From the IMG/VR virus record IMGVR_UViG_3300036770_007539, positions 124,001-188,000 of that record: DNA of 64,000 nt; one strand, 5' to 3'. The position numbers and the translations under genes are program-made. Numbering within the stretch: the first letter of the stretch is position 1; every line of letters begins with the position of its first letter. Under the pieces are notes generated by a model. The model was given only the letters and a program-made list of their open reading frames with translations. It was not told the origin of the DNA and searched no databases. Of the stretch, positions 17,792 to 28,600 are shown piece by piece.

Positions 17792-18751
17792 ATGCGATAT
17801 CAAGTCTATGCGCATATTAATAAGACCACAGGAAAAGTCTATGTAGGAATCACCAGCAAAGACATGATGAAAAGATGGCATCGTCATGTAGTAGAATCTG
17901 GAAAAAACAATCCTAAAAATGCATGTTACTTTCATCGTGCTATTCAAAAATACGGAAAAGATGACTGGTATCATATAGCGCTAGAGACGATAGAGTGCGA
18001 AAACATTAAAGAAGCTGAAGAATGCGAAATTAAATGGATTAAAATATACGAATCTAATAATCGCTTGTACGGTTACAATAGTACCTCTGGTGGAAAAATC
18101 AATGAATTCACACCAGAAGTTAGAGAAAGAATGTCTAAAAAAACAAAAGAAAGCTTAACGCCAGAGCGGCTAGAATTGCAATCTATAAAAATGAAAGAAT
18201 ATTATAAATATAATTCAAATCCATTTGAAGGTAAGCGGCATACTGACGAATCTAAAATAAAAATGTCAGAAAAAGTTAAAAAATATTATGAAAATAATCC
18301 AAATCCATTTAAAAACAAAGAGCATACCGATGAAACTAAAGCTTTAATGTCAAAAAAATTTAAAGAAAGACTATCTAAAGATAATTTTATATCTAATTTT
18401 AAATTAATGACGACTGAACAAAGACAAAAAGGAATAGAAGCATCAATCAATACTAGAAAAAACATGCACTTAAGCAAGTTCGATTTCAATGAAGTTCAAG
18501 AGCTTGCAAAGCAATGCTACACCAATGTTGAACTTGCTAAATTGCTAGGATGTACTAATTCTCATATTTCATATTTGAAAAAAAGAATAAAATTAGAATT
18601 TAAACAAAAAGAAATTAATTTAAATAAAATCCTAGAAGTAATATTAAAAGAGGCATCTTCTGTTAAAACAATAAAAGATCTTTGTAATAAGCTGAATATT
18701 TCAGAATATATTTTGCATAATATTTTAAAAAAAAAAATAATAAATCAATAA
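17792..18751 (+). CDS. Free-standing GIY-YIG homing endonuclease with NUMOD3 repeats
   Basis: QVYAHIN..TGKVYVGIT, RWHRH, FHRAIQKYG, E..WI and GYNST; NPFEGKRHTDESKIKMS repeated twice. Confidence 0.88.
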   Translation: MRYQVYAHINKTTGKVYVGITSKDMMKRWHRHVVESGKNNPKNACYFHRAIQKYGKDDWYHIALETIECENIKEAEECEIKWIKIYESNNRLYGYNSTSGGKINEFTPEVRERMSKKTKESLTPERLELQSIKMKEYYKYNSNPFEGKRHTDESKIKMSEKVKKYYENNPNPFKNKEHTDETKALMSKKFKERLSKDNFISNFKLMTTEQRQKGIEASINTRKNMHLSKFDFNEVQELAKQCYTNVELAKLLGCTNSHISYLKKRIKLEFKQKEINLNKILEVILKEASSVKTIKDLCNKLNISEYILHNILKKKIINQ

Positions 18752-18782
18752 AAGAAATTAAAAAAATAATTTTAGGCAAAAT

Positions 18783-19574
18783 ATGAGTATAGAAAAAGAT
18801 TTAGAAGTATTAAACGAAGTTAAAAAAAGAATAAAAAAATCAAAAACTGTCCAAAACATGTTCAAAGAATCAGATGTATCTTTGGATATTATTGATTTAG
18901 TACCCATGTGTTTTGGAGACTTAGAGGTTTCGGCACGAACACAGCATGGAATCATTGTTTTTAATAAAAAATTAAAAGAAAAACCCGAAGAAATTGATCA
19001 TTACATGGTTCATGAATTAACTCATATTTTGCAACAATGCTTCTCGGATGGACCTACTCAAGGCTCTAACAATGAAGATTATTTAGATAATCCCTATGAA
19101 CAAGAAGGATTTCAAAAACAAACAAAATTCTTATCTGAGACTGATGGCGATCATGCGGCAGAACATTACATAAATCAAGTCTTAGATCATCACGAAGTTC
19201 CAAAAAGCGAAAGAAAAGAAAAGAAAGATGAATTATTAACTTTGGCATCTTCCGAATCAAGAAGAAGCAGATTACTCGAACATCTCGAAGAACAACTTCC
19301 ATCTTCGTCAAGTGTTGGGGAAATGGTTCCTTCAAGAGATGCATTGAGAATTACCTCGGATATGCTAGAAAGAATGACCAAAGATCCTGATTATAGAGAA
19401 AGAGTTAAAGTTCTTATAAAAGAAGATGAGCGACAGAGGTTAATAGAAAATCCAGAAGAAATGAGACGTTTAGAAGAAGAGCAAGAGAGATATGAAAATC
19501 AAATAAAAACTAATAGAGAGGGAGCTGCAGGTCTCCAAAAATTCTTGGACACATTACCAAAGCCACTTAAATAA
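18783..19574 (+). CDS. Putative zinc metallopeptidase (HExxH)
   Basis: YMVHELTHILQ with a downstream YLDNPYEQEGF containing the likely third ligand Glu. Confidence 0.65.
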   Translation: MSIEKDLEVLNEVKKRIKKSKTVQNMFKESDVSLDIIDLVPMCFGDLEVSARTQHGIIVFNKKLKEKPEEIDHYMVHELTHILQQCFSDGPTQGSNNEDYLDNPYEQEGFQKQTKFLSETDGDHAAEHYINQVLDHHEVPKSERKEKKDELLTLASSESRRSRLLEHLEEQLPSSSSVGEMVPSRDALRITSDMLERMTKDPDYRERVKVLIKEDERQRLIENPEEMRRLEEEQERYENQIKTNREGAAGLQKFLDTLPKPLK

Positions 19575-19619
19575 AATTTAATTAATTAATAACATATTAT
19601 TAATTTGGCATATTTATGT

Positions 19620-21218
19620 ATGGCTTGCGTTGAACCTACCCCTAAATATTTGCCACACAGTTTGGTCGGAATTCAGAAGGTATCATGTACTTCTGATGGT
19701 CAAGCCATTGTACTAGATTGGACTAGAGCCTATCCGGATCCATATAATTTTACACTTGGTTACAACATATACTACTCTACTATAAAAGAAGATGTATTTT
19801 CTGAGGGTCCAAAATATTTAGTTTTAAATAAAACAACTATTGAACTTTTAGATTTTACCCCTGGAGATAGTTATTATTTTGCAGTTCGCGCCACAGAGTT
19901 TGATCCTGAGGTGGTTCAGTTATCTGGATTGCCGGATCTTGGTGTAGCCAAGATTTATCCTGAGGCGCTCTTGCTGTCAAACATTACAGATACCGATAGC
20001 ATTTTATACATTAGCGACATAGATTTATTTCCTAATTACGGAGTTGTTCAAGTTGGGGGAGAGCTAATTAGTTATACAAATAAAGACATTCCATCCAGTG
20101 CTTTGACCGGATTAACTCGTGGATTTTTAAAAACAATAGCAAAACCTCATAGCACAGATGGATACGATGGAACTACAACTTGGGATCCATTTATTAAATT
20201 TTGGAAGGGTTTTGAAGATAAAAATTTAAAATACTTTCAAGAAGTAATTAATTTTGCTTATCCTAATTATGCTTATACCGCTCTTGATGGGTATAAGTAC
20301 AGCAAAGATATTGTTTATTCTAATTTAGAAAATGTAAATTCAAATGAGCAGGATTTTCCGAAGTATGATCTTGTTGGTTGGAGAAGAACAAATCCAAAAG
20401 ATTATTTAACCGGTAAATGTATTGGTTCTTACTTTGGTGGAGAAATATATTGTGCTGATGGATATGATGGGGTTGGAAGACAAATTAGAGGACCTTCTGT
20501 TAACGATGAAAACAATAGAAGGCAAGAATTATTATTAGAACAGACGGGAAAGTCTGTTGTTTTGCTTAGAAGGTATCATACTGGAATTCGTTGCAAATGT
20601 TTCTTGGCAGAAGTGGAACAGCCAGACGATCGTTGTCCCTATTGTTTTGGTACTGGATTTACAGTTGGATACGAACAGTTTTTTAATCCCAGGAGAAGTG
20701 ATGGGAGAATTTTAGTTAGAATAGACACAGCTGATGAAGATATTCCAGTTCAAGATGGTGGATTAGAAAATATATATGCTCCTAGTGGATGGACACTAGT
20801 TTACCCGGTAATTAAAGACCGTGATATTATTATTTTATATGATCCTTATGAAAAAGAAGTAGAAGAAGCAAGATATGAGATCATGAGTGTTACAAGAAAC
20901 GTTTTATTTTATGAATTGTATGGTGCTCAAAAATTTAAATTACAAAGAATTAGAAAGACTGATCCCTTGTATAAGATTAAAGTTTTTTCAGATTCATCTA
21001 TGATGCCATCTCAATTAACTACAAGTATCAATATGGGAGGAGTATTTTTACCTCATTCTCATACAGTAGTTGTGAGTGAGAAGATACTAAATATATCTCA
21101 AATTAATCAATTGACTAGTATTGGTGGATCGAATTCTACACAGCATCATACTCATCAAATTGTTAATGGAATAATTCAACCAGCAGCTGATGGTCATACA
21201 CATACCATCATGTTATGA
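19620..21218 (+). CDS. Putative head-closure/neck protein: FN3-like domain, zinc finger and His-rich C-terminus
   Basis: LDW..AY...GYNIYY...YYFAVRA (FN3); CKC..CPYCFGTG; RYEIMSV; HSH/HHTH/HTH tail. Confidence 0.55.
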   Translation: MACVEPTPKYLPHSLVGIQKVSCTSDGQAIVLDWTRAYPDPYNFTLGYNIYYSTIKEDVFSEGPKYLVLNKTTIELLDFTPGDSYYFAVRATEFDPEVVQLSGLPDLGVAKIYPEALLLSNITDTDSILYISDIDLFPNYGVVQVGGELISYTNKDIPSSALTGLTRGFLKTIAKPHSTDGYDGTTTWDPFIKFWKGFEDKNLKYFQEVINFAYPNYAYTALDGYKYSKDIVYSNLENVNSNEQDFPKYDLVGWRRTNPKDYLTGKCIGSYFGGEIYCADGYDGVGRQIRGPSVNDENNRRQELLLEQTGKSVVLLRRYHTGIRCKCFLAEVEQPDDRCPYCFGTGFTVGYEQFFNPRRSDGRILVRIDTADEDIPVQDGGLENIYAPSGWTLVYPVIKDRDIIILYDPYEKEVEEARYEIMSVTRNVLFYELYGAQKFKLQRIRKTDPLYKIKVFSDSSMMPSQLTTSINMGGVFLPHSHTVVVSEKILNISQINQLTSIGGSNSTQHHTHQIVNGIIQPAADGHTHTIML

Positions 21219-21237
21219 TGAACATTGAAAAACCGCA

Positions 21238-21359
21238 TTGATCATACTTCGTATGATCAAGATTTATAAATATTAGATCTTAAATAGATCTAGATCTTAG
21301 ATCTTAATATAATTATATATAGATCTATATATCGCGTGTGCGCACATGTTACGCGCGTA
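21238..21359. repeat. Cluster of palindromes and AGATCT/GATC repeats in a 365-bp intergenic gap
   Basis: 10-bp inverted repeat 21238-21260; five AGATCT; 18-bp palindrome 21315-21332; TGTGCGCACA; TACGCGCGTA. Confidence 0.8.
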
Positions 21360-21583
21360 TAATAAAGAGTATTTTAGGTATAAGATTTTTTAGCTATAAG
21401 CAAGATGACGAGGCGGCAAGCTTGGCAAGCTACTCGGCAAAAAGGTTGTAGAACATAATTTAGATAAGTAAAATTTAAGTAATTAATTCGTTTTGTAGGG
21501 TGGAAGCTGTCTTGGCTCATAGTAAATAGAAAAGACTAAATAAACTTATTCTAGTAATTAGGGCAATCTTTTGGCATAAAGGC

Positions 21584-24500
21584 ATGACAAAATTCGTAGG
21601 ATCAAGCAGAGTAAGAGAAGGTGGTCGTCCTGTAACTCATTATCAGGATTTTATTTCTCATACTGGTGGAACTGATTGGCGACATGAGGCTGCTCAGATA
21701 GATATGAGCCCCAGCATATTAGGTGGATCTAATGTTCAATCTGCTATTCAAAATTTACTTGGCTTAGTTTTTGATAGTGGAACTGGTTTTATTTCTATTG
21801 GCAGTTTAGATGGATATTCAGGATTTTATGCTGCCGGAAAATATAATGTTAATTCTGTAGAGACCCCAACTTTAAAAGATGCAGTTAATGCTGCTGTAAA
21901 TGATGATAGGCTTGTTAATGGTGGAGTGATATTATTATTACCAGGATATTATAGGGTCTCTGATACTATTACTATTCCAAATGGAATTTCTTTAATTGGT
22001 GAGGGACCTGGAGTTTATATTATTGGAGAAACTTCCGGAGATAATCCTATATTCAATATCGCTTCAATGCCTACGGATTTTTCTATTAATGGAGATTCTG
22101 GCTCAGGGGATCAGGATTTAATTTTAGGAACAGGCGTTAAAAAGACTACTTTTAAAAATTTAATTATTACTGATAATTCAGATGGTTATGTAAATTCTGG
22201 AAATTCAACATTATCTAGCTCTGGAATGATTTTAGTAGATCGTGGCTCAAATGTTGACTTTGAAAAAGTTACATTTATTGGGCGATTGAATGATGGTCCA
22301 GTACTAAACAGATTAAAAACAGCCTCTGCAATATTTACTTTATCTGTGGGATTGGCGAGGGGAACATCGATAAATGTAGATGGTTGTTACTTTGATGGTT
22401 TTAAAAATTCTGTATCTTTTAGACCACAATTAGGAAGTAGTGATAATTTATCTATAATAAATTCTAAAATTAAATTCTATGGCGAAGAGACGGCTTCTTA
22501 TTCTATTAATGATTGTGCAATATTATCTTCTTTAGCTAGTATAAAAATTGAAAATAATTTCTTTTTGGGAGCTGGATCTTATTCTGAAACTATTTTAGGA
22601 ATTTTTTCTGACTCAGTATCAAATCCAACAGATTGCAGTGTTGCAATAGTTGGTAATTCGGGTTATTCTATAGGAAACACATCTAGGCTTTGTGACAATG
22701 CATATACTCTTCCAGTTAGAAGTACTATGCATAGCAATGCTTTTGGGGCTGGCAAAGATGGAAATAAGCCTTGGACCATTGTATTAGGAATGGATGAAGG
22801 AGATATTTTAGGCGAAGGCGGGTTAGATTTAATATTATCAACTTATTCATCACTATCAGAGGTTCCAACTAAAATTATTTTAAATCCAGGCAATTATTCT
22901 TTAACAGTAAATAGTGGCACGTTTTCCTCTTTGAAATTAGAGGGGAATCCAATAGGTAAGAAATATCCAACTATTAATTTAAATTTATCTGGTACAACAT
23001 CCATTTTAGGTAATAATAAATTTATTTATTTTGGAAATATTGAAAATATTTATTTTAATTCCATAAATGAAGTGCAATTAATTGTTGTTACCTCGCAGGT
23101 GAATGATTCGGATGTAATTGGAGAAAATGTTATTGTAAATAACTGTATATTTAAAGACACGGGTTTATATTTGGATGAAAGAGGCTCTGATAATTCAACT
23201 AATTCTACTGGTGCTTGGGACGGTTCAGCGACTAGAATGCAAGCTTTTATATCCAAATGCAGATTTTATCAATCTGGATTATTTAACGAGGATTGGTCTT
23301 TAATTATAGGCAGAGTAAATACAATTAAATTATCAGATTCATATTTTCATGGTTCTGGATATGCTTTAATTTTTAAAGATTCTGAAAGTTATACTGCCAA
23401 TTTCACTATAGATGCATGTACTTTTGATATATCTGGCGCATCAATTACTAGCGCGCCTGTTTACGATAACCCTTATTATATTAACATTTCTTCTAGAGAT
23501 ACAAAATTAAATATTAAAAATTCGGCTTTTATATCTAGCACTAATGGAGATTCTGTTGCTAATATAATATCAGTCCCTACAGCAAGTTTTTTTATTAATA
23601 TAAGAGCTTCAGATGTAAATATTGAATCTTGTTATTTTAATACGCCAAGCGATACGTATTTAGATACAATTTCATATCCTATGTCTGGATTGTATTTGCA
23701 ATGGGTAAATACAATAAATTTAAGTAATAACGTATTTAATTCTGGGGCTCTGCCAATAAAAATTGGAATAAATGATCCTAATTTAGCATCTATAGCTAGC
23801 CAAAATTATTGTAATATTTCTAATAATAAAATTTCTTTAATAGATTCTAATTATTTTACAATATTAGATTTTGATGTAGACCTAGATGGAACTGATTCTA
23901 TTAATAGATTTGTTAATATAGAGTCTAATTATTTTTCTAACTCTATTAATTCAAGCACATTAGGATTTCCACAGCATTTATTTGTCACAGGAGGAAATTA
24001 TAATACTTTTGCCGCTATTCAATTATATGCGTTAGGGGCGGATGTTGTTTTTTCTAATAATTATGTTTTTTCAGGACCGGCTACTATACCTGTAAGTTCT
24101 TCATTTACTTATTATTCTGGGGTTTATATAAATTCTTACGATTCGACCAATGGCAAATCATCATTAGTTACATTAAATAATAATAGCATAGATGCTCAAA
24201 TAAAATTTTTAACTCCTGCAAATTCTAGCCAGTATTCATCAGCTGTACATGTAAAGTCTAATTATATAAATATAAATAATAATAAAATAAATGCAAACAA
24301 TACTGGCGCATCTGCTAGCCCAGGATTTAAAGGGTGTTTAGTTTTAGATTGCTTGGGCAGATCTAGCGCTGGGGATTCAATTATAGTAAATAATATTTTT
24401 GACAGAACCTCTTCTTCTGGTTCATTATCTTCTTTGGAAAGAGGTTATATTTTAATTACCCCTACGACTAATATTCGTGGTCAAATTGTAGACAACTCAT

Positions 24501-25144
24501 TTGTAAGTCCTTATATTTCAGGGACTACTACTACATTGTTAGAGGATAATACTTCCGCTGCTAATAATTGGATTTTTGCTAGAAATAAAAATCAAACCGT
24601 TTCCTTATCAAGTATGGGAAGTATAGGTCAGATAGGACTTCGTAATGGAACGGCGGGCACTGGAAATAATTTATTTACTGTATCTGGTTTGACTGGTGGT
24701 TCTACGGCTACTACGTCTGATGTGGTTTTTAGAAACGACGCAAGTGTCCCAACAGGTCAAGCTGCTCTAGCATATCGCGATACTGCTAACACCATTAGCA
24801 TGTTATGGTCAGTTCCTTTATCAGTTATAATTCCACCTGGAGCTTATCTAGTTGAACTAGAGGCTGAAGTTGAGGTGTCTGGCACTTTAGCCAGTGATAA
24901 TATTACTGGCAGATTGCAACTATCTAATACTTCAACTAATTATTTCGATCCAGTAACTGTAGTTGCTTCTGGCGTGCAATATCCATTATCTCTAGTCGCT
25001 CCTGCTGATTTTCCAATAGGAACTATTAGAACTGATAATACTGGAACTTCTGGTCCATGGTTTGTTGAATTATTTTTACAAGTTTATAATAATAATAATT
25101 TGACTTGTTATGTTAACTTTTTGCAAGTTACTTATAGATATTAA
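21584..25144 (+). CDS. Tailspike/fibre-like protein with pectin-lyase-type parallel beta-helix
   Basis: 1186 aa; GGVILLLPGYYRVSDTITIPNGISLIGEG entry motif, followed by N/S/I-rich I.NN.F repeats. Confidence 0.7.
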   Translation: MTKFVGSSRVREGGRPVTHYQDFISHTGGTDWRHEAAQIDMSPSILGGSNVQSAIQNLLGLVFDSGTGFISIGSLDGYSGFYAAGKYNVNSVETPTLKDAVNAAVNDDRLVNGGVILLLPGYYRVSDTITIPNGISLIGEGPGVYIIGETSGDNPIFNIASMPTDFSINGDSGSGDQDLILGTGVKKTTFKNLIITDNSDGYVNSGNSTLSSSGMILVDRGSNVDFEKVTFIGRLNDGPVLNRLKTASAIFTLSVGLARGTSINVDGCYFDGFKNSVSFRPQLGSSDNLSIINSKIKFYGEETASYSINDCAILSSLASIKIENNFFLGAGSYSETILGIFSDSVSNPTDCSVAIVGNSGYSIGNTSRLCDNAYTLPVRSTMHSNAFGAGKDGNKPWTIVLGMDEGDILGEGGLDLILSTYSSLSEVPTKIILNPGNYSLTVNSGTFSSLKLEGNPIGKKYPTINLNLSGTTSILGNNKFIYFGNIENIYFNSINEVQLIVVTSQVNDSDVIGENVIVNNCIFKDTGLYLDERGSDNSTNSTGAWDGSATRMQAFISKCRFYQSGLFNEDWSLIIGRVNTIKLSDSYFHGSGYALIFKDSESYTANFTIDACTFDISGASITSAPVYDNPYYINISSRDTKLNIKNSAFISSTNGDSVANIISVPTASFFINIRASDVNIESCYFNTPSDTYLDTISYPMSGLYLQWVNTINLSNNVFNSGALPIKIGINDPNLASIASQNYCNISNNKISLIDSNYFTILDFDVDLDGTDSINRFVNIESNYFSNSINSSTLGFPQHLFVTGGNYNTFAAIQLYALGADVVFSNNYVFSGPATIPVSSSFTYYSGVYINSYDSTNGKSSLVTLNNNSIDAQIKFLTPANSSQYSSAVHVKSNYININNNKINANNTGASASPGFKGCLVLDCLGRSSAGDSIIVNNIFDRTSSSGSLSSLERGYILITPTTNIRGQIVDNSFVSPYISGTTTTLLEDNTSAANNWIFARNKNQTVSLSSMGSIGQIGLRNGTAGTGNNLFTVSGLTGGSTATTSDVVFRNDASVPTGQAALAYRDTANTISMLWSVPLSVIIPPGAYLVELEAEVEVSGTLASDNITGRLQLSNTSTNYFDPVTVVASGVQYPLSLVAPADFPIGTIRTDNTGTSGPWFVELFLQVYNNNNLTCYVNFLQVTYRY

Positions 25145-25188
25145 TATCTGCATATTTTTATATTATTATATAATAATATAGGAAAAAT

Positions 25189-25593
25189 ATGGATGAATTT
25201 ATATCTTCTGTAACCAGTTTATTTGGACCTGCCTTTCTAGTTCTTTGTGTTGTTATTTATGTTTTAGTTGAGCTTCAAAGAAAAATTTTAGAATTATTGT
25301 TTTCTAAATTTTTGCCTGTAATGTTAAAAGATGGTAAGTGGCAGAATAAATTATGGAAAGATATTTTATTGCCATCTGCAGCTCCGGGAACTGGTATGAT
25401 TTTTTCATGGATGATAACATCTTATCCATATCCAGAAATGTTTGCAACGTCTCCTGCGAATAGAATTATTTGGGGAATTTTTGCTGGCTTTTTTAGTGGG
25501 TATGTTTATAGAATGGTGAAACAATTATTTAATGGTTATATGTCAGGAATTGCTGAAAAATATTTTAAAAAAAATAAAAGCAAAACAGAATAA
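25189..25593 (+). CDS. Small membrane protein (holin-like)
   Basis: 134 aa, about three hydrophobic segments, basic C-terminus. Confidence 0.5.
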   Translation: MDEFISSVTSLFGPAFLVLCVVIYVLVELQRKILELLFSKFLPVMLKDGKWQNKLWKDILLPSAAPGTGMIFSWMITSYPYPEMFATSPANRIIWGIFAGFFSGYVYRMVKQLFNGYMSGIAEKYFKKNKSKTE

Positions 25594-25671
25594 TCAAATG
25601 GTTAAAATTTAATTAATACTCTAATATTTAGATATATAAATGCTAAATATTAAATAAAGTTTAGGAAATAA

Positions 25672-28600
25672 ATGAGCGTTTATCCATTTGAATTAGATGA
25701 TGACACTACACTTCCTCGTGTAGATGACAATATTACAGAAACAGGTCAAGAAGCTATCAATGCTTTACGTGATGCTGTTTTTAACGTTCAAGAAACTTTA
25801 GGCATAGAACCGCAAGGCTCAGTAACTACAGTAGCTAACAGGCTAGATGCTGCACTAAACGCCGATGGCACAATCAAAGCAAGCGCATTGACTTCAATAG
25901 GTCTAGTTACTCTTCCAATTACTAATAATCAAGTCGGATCAAATGCAGGGATAGAGGAGAGCAAATTATCTCTTGTTCATTCTACAACTGACTTATATAC
26001 TTTAATTTTAGCAAACAGTGCATTAACTAATTCTTTAAATATATTTGCTAATACTATTTTTACAGATTTTAATCTTCATATAACTGGAGCACTTTATCTT
26101 TCAGATGGTGTTACATCTGCTCGTCACGTTTTAAGCCATATAGATTTGAATAATATTCCTTCAGATTCCAGGGATCCGTCTTTTGTTTGGACGGGTCTTA
26201 GGGATAAAGATAACAATTTAAGATTAGCAAATAATGCTGCTCAAGGCTTGCTTTCAGTTAATGACGCCTTAACTGCTCATGAAAATAAAATACTAGAGGC
26301 TCATCCGGCATCTACAATTTCTGTTAATACGGATAGTTTTAAAGAAATTCCCTTAGTGGCAACAGATGCCCAGTCTGTATTTAATTATTTGGATCAGTCA
26401 GAAATATTAAATATGGGTCAGCACAGGGCAACGCAACACGCCAATGCTATTCCAAAAATTTCCAGATCTGATGTTATTGGCTTGGATGGATATGGACATA
26501 ATGTGGTTCCATCTACAACTTGTTATGCTTATTTAACTAACCCGCCTAATACATTTCCTGTAGATGATTTGTTTGTAGGCGATGATATTATTAAATTCGT
26601 TCCTGATAATTCTAATTTTATTTTTGATTCTTTGTTTTCTCAAGTAAAATCCGGGGATTTAATAAGAATTAATTACGGTAATGGATTAGAGGCTATCTAT
26701 CCGGTTAATTCTATTAGATTTACTCCTGATGCTGAGTGGATAGTTAGAATTAATGGCGTTAATTTATGCTCCTCGTTAGATGGCTATGCATCTGCTAGAA
26801 TTGATAGAGCCTTATATGACGTTGATACTGCTGGTATTTTTGCAACTGCAACTGCTAATGCAAGGGACTCCTCGGGACCAACTGCTACAAACGTTTTGTC
26901 TAGTTTGATTGTTGCAGACCCTCGTGGGGCAATGGCTTTGGGTTTAAATTTTGACCCCAATCAACTTGATTCAACTCATTATAATTTACATTTAGAATTT
27001 TATCCTACAGGGAATCCTTCTGAAAAGGTTATTTCTTTGCCTCCAATTGATGTAACTGGCAATTTGGGAGCGACTCCGGGCTTGTATAATTTATCATCAG
27101 TTATATCTGCTACAAATGATAAATTTAGAGAGTTTGGTTACAATTATAGATTTATAGCTTTTGAATATAATGGTGAATTTGGTATTATGTTAGCAGATGT
27201 TATTAATAATGCTTCTTTTGCAATTGTTAAAGGGACAAATGCTTCCGGCACTTTAATTACTGGAAGTTATGTTAATAACGTTATAGGGGGCAATGATCTT
27301 AATACAGATACTTTTGACTCTCTGGGGTTTGGTACAGCGGGTTCAAATTTAGCATCTCCAGCCTATCAAAATACTTGGACAAGTTCTTCATCTGCTTTAA
27401 TTCCTACCAAAGTAATTAGACCTTTAAAAAGAAGATATGCTATTGTAAATGGTCAAAAAATTGATCATTTTAAAGACATGTATTTAACTACCAATGGTTA
27501 TTGGGACGGATACATTTCTAGTAGAAATCAGTTAGGATTTTCAACTGTAGAAACAACTTATACTGTTGATGCAAATCTTGCACCTTCCGGCATTAAACCA
27601 GGCAGTACTATTGTAGTTCAGCCTGCGATAGCCTTGGATGATGCCTTGTACAATGATGTTGATTATGGTAGATTTATTGTAAAATCAGTTAATTTTGTTG
27701 GTGCGTGTGGCACTGCTCCAGCCTTAACTCAAATTACTGTTCTTAATTCTATTTTTGGAGTAGGTTTGCCTTTTTCTGCTTCAGCAAGCCCGAATCTGCC
27801 TGTTAAATTATATTTTTCTTATGATTCAATTAGCTTTAATAAACAAAACATAATTGATACATCTATTACACCTATTGATTACAAAAGATTTCATGAAATT
27901 TATCTTTCTGACGAAGGAAAGACATTTTCTCATGAGAGATTGAGAATGACGGTTCAATCAGAATCTCCTAACTTATTAGATACTAATAATTTTCATATTT
28001 TAAATGTATCTCCTAAATTAAGAGGGTATACAGACGGAAGTCCATTAAGTTTTAATAAGTTTTTAAGATTTTACGTGTTAAACTATGATTCTGTTACTGG
28101 GGAATTTGATGGATATTTAGGTCAGAGAAATCCTTTAAATTATACTGTTTCTAATACAGGGTCCGTAGTAACTGGAAAAATAAATGTAGTCACTAGATTC
28201 TATGATGAAACAAACATTGATTACGTAGATATTTTGTATTCTGATTCAAGCTCTTCTCCAGGATCTCCTGTGATGTCGTCTTCTTTGCCCAGATATGTTG
28301 ACTTTGAAATATTTGAAAGTTTGCAAAAAAATGATGAATTATTTTTACTATCAACATGTGAAGTTAATTGGGATCCATTATCTGGCGAAAATATTATTCA
28401 GTACTTGAATAATCGAAGAGAGTTCGGCTCAATAGATGAAACTGATTTTACCGAATCTGCAAAAGATTATATTGCAGCTGCAAACAAATACTTACATGAT
28501 AATGGAGTTATTAGAGGGCTGGATTATGAATCAACTGTAGCTGGCGGAGAAATAAGATTTAAAGGCGGGTCAGCAGTAATTAGCGGAAAGGTTATTGCAG

